Below, piece by piece: positions 9,835 through 17,768 of a DNA stretch of 64,000 nucleotides. Numbering within the stretch: the stretch's first letter is position 1; every line of letters starts with the position of its first letter. A model generated the notes under the pieces. The model saw only the letters and a list, made by a program, of their open reading frames with translations, made no database searches and had not been told where the DNA came from. Origin of the DNA: Syntrophorhabdaceae bacterium (GTDB lineage: Bacteria; Desulfobacterota; Syntrophorhabdia; Syntrophorhabdales; Syntrophorhabdaceae); contig CAXXUO010000009.1 of assembly GCA_963666485.2 (NCBI GenBank), forward strand, positions 352,001 to 416,000, in the 5' to 3' direction. The position numbers and the translations under genes are program-made.

Positions 9835-11322
9835 CTAATCGGCAGGCATTCCGCTGTCCTCGATGAATCTCAGGACATCAGGGTCATCCGTATCGGCAGC
9901 CTGCGCCATCGCCCGTAATGCAATTAGTTTCAGTTTTTGATTTTCCAGATAAAGAAGGTAGTAATGCAATCGTGAAAGATCTTTCCATGCCTGGTCCTCG
10001 TAACCGCTATCAATAGCTGCCGGGGCAAGATTTTTCAGCCGGGTCCTGATGCCGGATGCCACCTCCAGTGATGTCCGGGCAAGGACGTAATGCTTGATTG
10101 CCAATTTCTTTCTCACCGCTGATGATTGTCTCGATGCGAGCAGAACCATGGCCCTTTTCATGCTGCCGTCATCGAAGAGGGACACCGGAGCCTTTGCCCG
10201 GGCGAAAGTCTCGTAATTGCGATAATCGCGGAGCAATCTCTGAACTTCGTTTTCTATCGAGGAATACATAGTCGTAATGGCGATCTCTTTCTGCTTTTCT
10301 GCGATCACCAGCCTGTTGACGGCATCGAGCGCGGATTGCACCTTCGACCCTATGATCCTATCGACAGATGCTGCTGTCGCCAGGGAGATCTTTTGAAGGG
10401 AGTCGGTCGATCTTGATATGTATTGCGGGACACTTTGCCCGGCCACGCCATTTACCGTCGATATGATCAATTCTATATCTTTATCTGTCAAAACCACTTT
10501 CGTATTGCCCGACACGGTCTTGCCGAGCACTGCCTTGAGGTATTCACTATTTGATGCTGTGAACTGATTTCCTATCGCATCTCCAACAGACATGTTTCCG
10601 ATGGTTCCCAGTATGCCGAATCCGTCGCGGGCATGCACTGTACACGCGCTAAGTGCTGCCCGGGTATTGCCGGTAACATCCTTCTGCCTTGCCGTAAGCG
10701 AGGACGCCACATCGATCCTGCCGGATAGCCCGGCCATGTGCATCACCAGGTTCGATGCGACCGGCAGGAAACCGGACACCATTGACCGATATTCATTCAC
10801 CTGGCCGGAATAGGTGCCAACAAGGCCCGGGGACTTGAGGAAAACCTGGTAATTTTTGAGGACCGTGGACGTATCATTCCTGTCGAATCCTTTCCGCCTT
10901 AATTCGTTCTGGAGGGTAGTCATAACCGAATTGTTGAGGCTGCCTGTAAAACTGGCAAGGCTCATATCGCCGTTTACGATGCCGGTCTGGGACTTTAGTC
11001 CTTCGTTAACAGCACCGCCAATCATGGATGAAAAATCATTTATGCCCGAAAGATCGCCGGTACCGGCAAAATTGCCGGGCTTATACGAGATGCTCAGCTT
11101 TTGTGACAGGTTGGCTTTTAACTCGCCTGACATAAAGTTTTTTACAAGATTATTGAGGAGAGCCGAAAACTGTGCATAGTTCGTCACCATAATGATAGGT
11201 GAGCATTTAATTGCACATTCCGCCCGGCGGCTGAACAACCCGTAGGAAATAAAAAAAATCACCAGGCCGAAGAATGTCAGAATGCCGATTACCAGAGATT
11301 TTTTTACCCGGAGCCTGTTCAT
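9835..11322 (-). CDS. exported helical protein, paralog 1 (VirB5/IcmX-like candidate)
   Basis: N-terminal hydrophobic segment; C-terminal motif APAAIDSGYEDQAWKDLSRLHYY shared with two neighbours. Confidence 0.65.
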   Translation of the reverse strand: MNRLRVKKSLVIGILTFFGLVIFFISYGLFSRRAECAIKCSPIIMVTNYAQFSALLNNLVKNFMSGELKANLSQKLSISYKPGNFAGTGDLSGINDFSSMIGGAVNEGLKSQTGIVNGDMSLASFTGSLNNSVMTTLQNELRRKGFDRNDTSTVLKNYQVFLKSPGLVGTYSGQVNEYRSMVSGFLPVASNLVMHMAGLSGRIDVASSLTARQKDVTGNTRAALSACTVHARDGFGILGTIGNMSVGDAIGNQFTASNSEYLKAVLGKTVSGNTKVVLTDKDIELIISTVNGVAGQSVPQYISRSTDSLQKISLATAASVDRIIGSKVQSALDAVNRLVIAEKQKEIAITTMYSSIENEVQRLLRDYRNYETFARAKAPVSLFDDGSMKRAMVLLASRQSSAVRKKLAIKHYVLARTSLEVASGIRTRLKNLAPAAIDSGYEDQAWKDLSRLHYYLLYLENQKLKLIALRAMAQAADTDDPDVLRFIEDSGMPAD

Positions 11323-11325
11323 CGT

Positions 11326-11931
11326 TTACCTGTCTTTTCCAAGGGCGTCCAACATCTTAGCCAGCGACAGGATCCTGAGTTCCTGGGACTCAACCAATCC
11401 TCTTAGATGGGCAATTTTGGTCGCGTCTTTCTGGTTTTGCTCCCGCGATGCAAAATCAAAGGAGGTCGGAGCAAAAGAGGAAAGGGCCAAACTTACTCTG
11501 CTTGCCATGACAAATGTTTTTTTGCCGGCGGTATATAATGTTATGGCGCTTCCCGCCCGGAATGCGCGCCGCTTCGCCAAAACCATTTCCGCCACTGTTG
11601 GGTCTTTGGGCTTTATGCGGAGCGATATTCCCGTGAGGGCATTGGCTCCTTCGGATTCGCCGGTGGAACCCGGCCCCTTGAATGGGTCGGCAGTACCCGG
11701 GGCTTGCAAGATGCTGGCCGCCGATCTTTGCCGGATTATCAATGCGCTGTAATCCTGGAGAAAATCGCAGTATGGCTGCTGAAATGCTGTCACCCACCGG
11801 GCTGCCTTCTGGGCGAGCGTCGCCTCAGAAACGACGGGACAGGGTAGGTCTATCCCTGATAGATCCGGCGCAAAGCCGCACAATACAACCATTGATGTAC
11901 ACAAAACAAAGATTCCGGGACGCATGGTCAT
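11326..11931 (-). CDS. exported helical protein, paralog 2 (VirB5/IcmX-like candidate)
   Basis: Signal peptide; CPVVSE after cleavage; C-terminal FAPTSFDFASREQNQKDATKI. Confidence 0.65.
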   Translation of the reverse strand: MTMRPGIFVLCTSMVVLCGFAPDLSGIDLPCPVVSEATLAQKAARWVTAFQQPYCDFLQDYSALIIRQRSAASILQAPGTADPFKGPGSTGESEGANALTGISLRIKPKDPTVAEMVLAKRRAFRAGSAITLYTAGKKTFVMASRVSLALSSFAPTSFDFASREQNQKDATKIAHLRGLVESQELRILSLAKMLDALGKDR

Positions 11932-12683
11932 CTTCCTTCCAGGGCATGGCGCATTTCCCCCTGCGACATCACCGCGAGTATTTCCGCCTGAAGCATGGTA
12001 TTGTAATATGTCAGCTTTGCTAGGTCTTTTACGGCCTGGTCGGATTTCCCGGAATCGAACGCCGAAGGACTGAATCCGGATAATTCACCGCGAAACCTCT
12101 CGGCGACATATATGCCCTGGGCGGCGCGCTCGTAGGTCGCAACAGATGCCTGGCTGAATATGTCCCGAAGCTTGAGTGCGGCGAAATCCGCCGTCGAAAA
12201 ATGCTTCATTTTCGCGGTTCCGCCGCCCGGCGCCCCTGCGATAAGGATGGAAACTTCACGGGTTTTTTTCTGGAACTGGGAAAAATCAGAGCCCGTAAGC
12301 GGTAAGCCGAGCGGCGCCTTTGATCGTGCCAGCTCGTTATAATACTTGCCGCTGGCCGTTGAAAAAGCCCCGGTGCTGTTTACCATGTAGTCCGAGATCA
12401 TGCTCTTTATGGATGATGTCATGTCATAGTTCGTGAATGTGATGCCCTTTGTATTGAGTTTTCCGGCCTCCAGCTTCATTTTGACTTCTTCATTCCAGAC
12501 TGACTGTATCTTTTCGGTAATAACCTGGGTAACCATTGTCTGGATCAGAGGCATTAACGTCTGGTAATTTGTCACTGTGACGGCAGTCCCGTAAGCACTT
12601 GTAGCGAGAATACAGAGAAATAAAATTGCGCACAGAATTTTACCAGTCCTGGTCGAAATACATCTGAGCATTGTTCTCCTCAT
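11928..12683 (-). CDS. exported helical protein, paralog 3 (VirB5/IcmX-like candidate)
   Basis: RBS GGAGGGG; signal peptide ATSAYG; C-terminal FSPSAFDSGKSDQAVKDLAKLTYY. Confidence 0.65.
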   Translation of the reverse strand: MRRTMLRCISTRTGKILCAILFLCILATSAYGTAVTVTNYQTLMPLIQTMVTQVITEKIQSVWNEEVKMKLEAGKLNTKGITFTNYDMTSSIKSMISDYMVNSTGAFSTASGKYYNELARSKAPLGLPLTGSDFSQFQKKTREVSILIAGAPGGGTAKMKHFSTADFAALKLRDIFSQASVATYERAAQGIYVAERFRGELSGFSPSAFDSGKSDQAVKDLAKLTYYNTMLQAEILAVMSQGEMRHALEGR

Positions 12684-12719
12684 GATTTTCCCCTCCGCAC
12701 TAAATAAATAGCATCAGCC

Positions 12720-13811
12720 TTATTCATTCATGAAACGGGTAAGATCGTTCGAAACCCTTCGCGCATCCAGTTCGTCCACGGCTCCCGAAATAACGAGACT
12801 CTTCAGGCTCTGGTTAAGCGTCCATCCCACCGCTCTACTTCTCTGTTCGTCGCGGAGCCGATCATATTGGCCTGCAAGAATAAGCTCGCGTGTATTTAAT
12901 TGCTGTACGTCCAGGTATTCCGTCGCGAGGAGCAGTTCACCGGGTTTTGAGCTCGATCTTGCGGCGGGTACGAGAACCTGCACCATGATGGCGAGGAGCA
13001 CGTCAGTGAGTTCCTGGATGACCCATGACTGTTTTTCGATGGGGAACATGGATGCTATGCGCGAAGGCACCTGGGTGGCCATCAGCGTGTGGATGGTCGT
13101 GAATACAATATGACCTGTCTTGGCGGCCTGGATTGCGGCGAGGGACGTCTCGGGGTCCCTTACCTCTCCCACAAGGATAAGGTCCGGCCGCTGGCGCATC
13201 GCGGCCCGAAGCGCCTTTTCGAAGGACAACGTCGTCGTACCGACCTCGCGCTCTATTATGTTGCCCAACCCGTCCGGTATATCATACTCGATCGGATCCT
13301 CGATCGTGACGCAATTGAGGGCCCTTGATCGAAGAAGAAATGCAATTATCGACGCAAGGGTTGTTGATTTTCCGCTCCCGGTCGGCCCGGCTATGAATAT
13401 GATGCCTCCTGCCGAACTATCGAGGATGAGCTTCACAAGCTTGTCCGGGATGCCAAGTTTCGCGGGTTCCGGTTCTACGGACCTCAGGCGCCGCATAACG
13501 ATCGCGACCCCTTTCTTTGACAGGCAAATGTTCACGCGAAAACGGAACGCTCTCTTTTCTCGTGCGCTCCCTGTATGCTTTGTATACGAGAGATCTTTTT
13601 CTTCCCTGTCATACAGCTGCGACCGGGCACCCGGGATCTTCAATATACGTTCTATCGCGTTGTCCAGTTCATAGCCCTCAGGAGGCCGCATACAGGCCTT
13701 GGTCATCCGCCCGTGTATTCTCAGGAAAGCGGGGCTTTCGGACTGTATATATATGTCGGAAGCGTTTTCCCTGATGGCCTCGTCAATTATCTCATCGAAG
13801 AAATTTTCCAT
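12720..13811 (-). CDS. PilT-family secretion ATPase, DotB/TraJ-like
   Basis: GPTGSGKST, TIEDPIEY, RQRPDLILVGEVRD, TGHIVFTTIHT; located inside the T4SS cluster. Confidence 0.85.
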   Translation of the reverse strand: MENFFDEIIDEAIRENASDIYIQSESPAFLRIHGRMTKACMRPPEGYELDNAIERILKIPGARSQLYDREEKDLSYTKHTGSAREKRAFRFRVNICLSKKGVAIVMRRLRSVEPEPAKLGIPDKLVKLILDSSAGGIIFIAGPTGSGKSTTLASIIAFLLRSRALNCVTIEDPIEYDIPDGLGNIIEREVGTTTLSFEKALRAAMRQRPDLILVGEVRDPETSLAAIQAAKTGHIVFTTIHTLMATQVPSRIASMFPIEKQSWVIQELTDVLLAIMVQVLVPAARSSSKPGELLLATEYLDVQQLNTRELILAGQYDRLRDEQRSRAVGWTLNQSLKSLVISGAVDELDARRVSNDLTRFMNE

Positions 13812-13829
13812 AATTACAGTGCGCTTTAC

Positions 13830-14153
13830 CTACCTGCAGCGCAGCGAATCCGTACCGACAAGATATGTCAGGTATCTTCTCAAAATACTTGCACGGCAAT
13901 AGCCTCGCTGTTTTATCTCCTCCTTTCTTTTTACCTGCGCAAAAATAACGAGGACGACCGAGATTGACACACCGGAAATGCCGACAAAGATTCCCAACAT
14001 GTGCGATATATAGGAACAAAGCCCTGAAAGGCCATTCCCGAGCATTGCCGGGCAGATCGAGATGATGAGGTCCTCCATGGTCAAGTTCAGCCTCGGGACC
14101 AGGATGGAACCGTTGATACCCTGGTAGTTATGCCTCTTCCCGGAACCTATCAT
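13830..14153 (-). CDS. small membrane protein (VirB3/IcmT-like candidate)
   Basis: ATGA overlap with the upstream pilin-like gene; hydrophobic core followed by basic tail QRGYCRASILRR. Confidence 0.5.
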   Translation of the reverse strand: MIGSGKRHNYQGINGSILVPRLNLTMEDLIISICPAMLGNGLSGLCSYISHMLGIFVGISGVSISVVLVIFAQVKRKEEIKQRGYCRASILRRYLTYLVGTDSLRCR

Positions 14154-14536
14154 CCTGCCGCACTCTTCATCGTTGCCTTGACAATCCCCAGAATAAAGGA
14201 AAGAGACACGAGGCATCCCCCGAATGCCACTTTCTTCCAGGCGCCCTGGGCGCCCTGCGGGTTGTTGTCCCTGTTTGCCATGGAAATGAAACCCCAGACA
14301 ATAAGGCCTGTACCAGCGCAAAAAGATATTGCCAGCAGTCCGTTCATCAGCATTGTGGACAAGCTTGTCAGAAATGACTCGGCGGTATTCGATCCTTCAC
14401 CCCATGTGACGCTGAACGAATCAGCTCCTCCTGTCCGTGAGGTCAGACAGAAAAACAGCAGCGATACGGGCAAAATACGGCTGAACAGGGGACATGCCCG
14501 CATCACTTTCTTAACCATGCCGAACTTCTCAATCAT
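14150..14536 (-). CDS. pilin-like membrane protein (IcmD/TraR or VirB2-like)
   Basis: RBS AAAGGAG; signal peptide, then two TM helices joined by RDNNPQG loop. Confidence 0.65.
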   Translation of the reverse strand: MIEKFGMVKKVMRACPLFSRILPVSLLFFCLTSRTGGADSFSVTWGEGSNTAESFLTSLSTMLMNGLLAISFCAGTGLIVWGFISMANRDNNPQGAQGAWKKVAFGGCLVSLSFILGIVKATMKSAAG

Positions 14537-15014
14537 CCGTGTTTCTCCTTTCATATTGTGTGATATCTTCAAACAATGCTCTTTCCTTTTCCGATTGAAA
14601 ATAGATCTCCCCGATCTTAAGTTTCAGGCCGCCGTATATGTATCGTTCAACACTTATCTTGAGATACGATATGAGATAGCCCACAAGTGTGAGGCTCATA
14701 ACAAGTTGAATAATAATAAGAATTCCCACACCGTGGCCCCCTGAGCAGACCCGCGATATTATGTTGTTGGTTCCGGCACCAAAAGCTATGAGAAGCCCGA
14801 ACAGGCCTGCCAGTTTCAGCCACGACTTTACCTTGTTCTGACGGGACATCAATCCTGCGCATTCATCGATACTAAACTCATGCGCCCTGCCGCCCGCAAT
14901 TTCGAGGATGAGCATTTCAGCGTGTTCACCTGTACGCGCGCAGGCAATGACTTTCTTTTGTACGGGGAAAGGTATTTTATCGTCATATTTGCCCGGCGAA
15001 TATCTGATCAACAT
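14529..15014 (-). CDS. hypothetical membrane protein
   Basis: Two hydrophobic segments; tightly packed in the operon. Confidence 0.6.
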   Translation of the reverse strand: MLIRYSPGKYDDKIPFPVQKKVIACARTGEHAEMLILEIAGGRAHEFSIDECAGLMSRQNKVKSWLKLAGLFGLLIAFGAGTNNIISRVCSGGHGVGILIIIQLVMSLTLVGYLISYLKISVERYIYGGLKLKIGEIYFQSEKERALFEDITQYERRNTDD

Positions 15015-15017
15015 CTC

Positions 15018-15656
15018 TTAGTCTATCCGGATCGGCTGCCGTCCAAACTTCTTGTAAAATGACAGGGCGTCGTCGCATGTTCCCTTGAACGCTTTGCCAA
15101 TAACGGCCCATCTCCCGCCTTCACCGTAGGGCGCGATCGTGAGAAATACATCGTCCGGTTTTTTTGTATTGCTGAGAAAGAGAAAGGCCTCGCTCTCCGT
15201 AAAAAAGGACTCGATCAGAAAGTAACAGAAGTTTGCCCTGTCTTTCTTCAGCCAGTCGCCCCCGGCGTCGTCGCTGACAAACTGCGGAGGGGCCACGATC
15301 TTCCAGGTAAGCCCCGGGGCCGAATACATGCTTCCGTCACCGCTTATCTTTGCGGGATTGTATACAAGTCGAACCTGGGCGGGCATGATCGCACCGCCTT
15401 TTATCAATTCAAGATACAGAAGCTGATCGCGGTATTTTCGGACAAAATCCCGCAGCATCTCATCCATTTCCGCCCTGCACAGGGCCATGCCCTCCCGCCT
15501 GCCCTCCTGCCTGCCCTCGTCGCGGGCCGCAAGGACCGATTCCTTTTCGATGGCGTCCGACGATATCTGGCGGATCGCAGGAGAACATCCCCACGATGTC
15601 ATAAGGATCACGATCACTAAGATAACTGTGGCTAGAAGATGACCGATATTTTTCAT
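15018..15656 (-). CDS. lipoprotein, DotC/TraI-like
   Basis: Lipobox SWG-C; helical segment followed by GAIMPAQV..SGDG..TWKIVAPPQFVS, resembling the DotC core. Confidence 0.55.
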   Translation of the reverse strand: MKNIGHLLATVILVIVILMTSWGCSPAIRQISSDAIEKESVLAARDEGRQEGRREGMALCRAEMDEMLRDFVRKYRDQLLYLELIKGGAIMPAQVRLVYNPAKISGDGSMYSAPGLTWKIVAPPQFVSDDAGGDWLKKDRANFCYFLIESFFTESEAFLFLSNTKKPDDVFLTIAPYGEGGRWAVIGKAFKGTCDDALSFYKKFGRQPIRID

Positions 15657-15663
15657 GAATACC

Positions 15664-15930
15664 TCATTTGGTCACATTGTCTCTCGCGTGCCTGCTTTCA
15701 TTTCTGCCCGATCTCTGCTCATACTGATATGAAAAATCGGAGGAAAACGTTTTTACGAAGGCGATCTGCCGCGCCAGAACATTTATGACTTCCGACGATG
15801 ATACCGAAAGAGGCGGTACAACCTGCCCTTCTTTTTGCCCGGCCCACAAAGCATCCGGGGTGACCAGGATCAATGCGGTCAGAAAAACATGAGCGAAACA
15901 AACTCTATTTGTATGAAAAAATTTTCCCAT
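15664..15930 (-). CDS. small exported hypothetical protein
   Basis: 88 aa, signal-peptide-like ALWA; fills the gap between operon genes. Confidence 0.45.
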   Translation of the reverse strand: MGKFFHTNRVCFAHVFLTALILVTPDALWAGQKEGQVVPPLSVSSSEVINVLARQIAFVKTFSSDFSYQYEQRSGRNESRHARDNVTK

Positions 15931-16765
15931 CCGCTATCCTCCGTACCGTAATTTCATGCCGGCGTGAGCCGATCACGCTTGTCCCGCTCCCCAGATCTAT
16001 CCAGAACTCGGCATTGCCGACAGGACTTACCTTGCCGGCGATCATAAAGACGTACATATCGGGCTTCGTCAGCTTCATCATGCGCAGGAACGGGCGTGAA
16101 TCAAGCGTGATCAGCGAAGGTGACCGGCCTTCGAGAAGAATATCTTCCGCCGAGCCCTTTTCGGGTAGACGCCCGGTGGTGATCACGCGGACCATTGCGT
16201 CCGTCGCTGACGCAAGATCATCAGCGCCATGCCGTTTTACATTGACGGTAAGGTCGGCTTCCCCCGACGCTGCGTCTTCTACCAGGAGATAATGATGCGG
16301 AAGGGAACCGCCGTCTTTCTTTTCAAACACGATCAGATTTGTTGTTTTGAACTCCTTTATGGGAAAAATGACAAGGGAGTTATCTTTTATATCGATACTG
16401 AATTTTTCCCGGGCCCCGATTGCGACATCATCGCCGGAAAAGGGGAAAGGCAGGTTTAAAACGGTTCCGTACCCGTATGCAAGACGCAATCTTGGTACCA
16501 GTCCAGCGACCTCTTGCACGTCAATTATTTTCGTCCGCGCTAATTCCCTGTCTTTTTCCATGATCGGTTTCAGGCGTCTCACCTTATCCTTCATTTCCAT
16601 TACGTCCTTTTCCGACAGATCGAACGGCGGGACGATAATAGGGTCTTCCGGAAGGTGTCGTTGCTGCTGCTGTTTCTCCGGCTCGGGTGGCTTATCCGGC
16701 GCGGCATCAGCCGGCAGCTGGCTCAGAAAAACGGACAATGTAAAGGCCAAAAGGGTTTTCCACAC
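15905..16765 (-). CDS. outer-membrane core protein, DotH/IcmK (VirB9 analogue)-like
   Basis: RBS AAAGGAG; signal peptide; VPRLRLAYGYGTVL..GAREKFSI..NSLVIFP..TNLIV..DLTVNV resembles the IcmK/TraN beta domain. Confidence 0.65.
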   Translation of the reverse strand: MWKTLLAFTLSVFLSQLPADAAPDKPPEPEKQQQQRHLPEDPIIVPPFDLSEKDVMEMKDKVRRLKPIMEKDRELARTKIIDVQEVAGLVPRLRLAYGYGTVLNLPFPFSGDDVAIGAREKFSIDIKDNSLVIFPIKEFKTTNLIVFEKKDGGSLPHHYLLVEDAASGEADLTVNVKRHGADDLASATDAMVRVITTGRLPEKGSAEDILLEGRSPSLITLDSRPFLRMMKLTKPDMYVFMIAGKVSPVGNAEFWIDLGSGTSVIGSRRHEITVRRIADGKIFSYK

Positions 16766-17390
16766 TGCGCACTCCTTTATACAGCTTTATTTCATACATC
16801 TTGGTCTTGATATCGGCGTTGGCCGCTTCCTCGCCAACGACACGTACCGCGTTTAACCGTACCGCTACGAGAATGACGGCCTGTTTGCCGTTCATCTTGG
16901 CATCCTTAAGATTGTGCCATTCGGCTGTCACGACCAGTTTCTGGTCTGCCAGTGACTTGAGGTAATTGTCACGGTAAGGTTCATAAAATGCCTTGAAAGA
17001 TGCCGGATCGAAATGGCGCGACATACGGGTCATCCTGCCGGCAAGATCATCTTTCGATTTCACTTCAACATAGGTCCATGCGAGAATATCTTTGATAGCA
17101 TCTTTGCAGAAGATCTCAAGCTCCGGCCAGTATATTTTGTCCGGGTCGTCAACACGGATCAGCGACGGGCGGCCCGTTGCATCCATGAATACGATCTTAT
17201 CCTTCCCCTTGCCCACCGCAACGATCACGATCGATGCAGCCACGATCATCATGGATAATGCCAGCATCGCGCAAGGCAGTATGATCAGGGCGGTCGACGA
17301 AAATTTGAGACCTTTGAAGATCCCTATTTCAATGGCGAGCGCTTCGCTGTTGCTTTTGGCTTGTGTGACGCTTTTTTCTTCTTTCACCAC
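16707..17390 (-). CDS. VirB8-fold protein, DotI/IcmL-like
   Basis: Single TM, FMDATGR, HFDPASFKAF..LKSLADQKLVVTA, C-terminal NPFGLYIVRF; start set at GTG 17390 after AAAGGTG. Confidence 0.75.
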   Translation of the reverse strand: MVKEEKSVTQAKSNSEALAIEIGIFKGLKFSSTALIILPCAMLALSMMIVAASIVIVAVGKGKDKIVFMDATGRPSLIRVDDPDKIYWPELEIFCKDAIKDILAWTYVEVKSKDDLAGRMTRMSRHFDPASFKAFYEPYRDNYLKSLADQKLVVTAEWHNLKDAKMNGKQAVILVAVRLNAVRVVGEEAANADIKTKMYEIKLYKGVRSVENPFGLYIVRFSEPAAG

Positions 17391-17447
17391 ATGGTCACCT
17401 TTTTCGCTATATGTTAAATAGCAGCGTTCAAAAGAAAGGGGTTCCAC

Positions 17448-17711
17448 ATGACCGAAACGATCTTAAAATTCTTGAATAACGCCCAATCGACCGTTTCACC
17501 CGTTATACCCGTAATAGGAGTCTTTCTCATAATACGGGGTCTCATCCGGCTGGCGCATGGCAACGAGGCGGCAAAGGGCGGCAGCGGGGGCGGCAAGCTC
17601 ATTATCATCGGGTCCTGCCTGACGTGTTATGAAACGATCTCATCGGTCGTTATCAGTACCCTGCAGAGCTGCGGCCTTGATGTAGGCAATGTGATCAGGG
17701 TCAGCTGGTAA
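17448..17711 (+). CDS. small two-TM protein, IcmC/TraQ-like
   Basis: RBS AAGGGG; IGVFLIIRGLIRL..GGSGGGKLIIIG resembles TraQ/IcmC; opposite strand to the rest of the cluster. Confidence 0.55.
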   Translation: MTETILKFLNNAQSTVSPVIPVIGVFLIIRGLIRLAHGNEAAKGGSGGGKLIIIGSCLTCYETISSVVISTLQSCGLDVGNVIRVSW

Positions 17712-17768
17712 TGTAAGCTTCACCCGCGGTTTTGGATGACGGCCCTGTCAATCATGAGACGGCCGGCC

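Noticed and set aside
12720..13811. Twitching-motility pilT
   Set aside because: No AIRNLIRE motif or pil genes nearby; position within the T4SS cluster fits a DotB-like role.
13792..14019. Alternative 75-aa ORF upstream of the DotB-like gene
   Set aside because: Overlaps the better-supported 13830-14153 frame, which is ATGA-coupled to the pilin-like gene.
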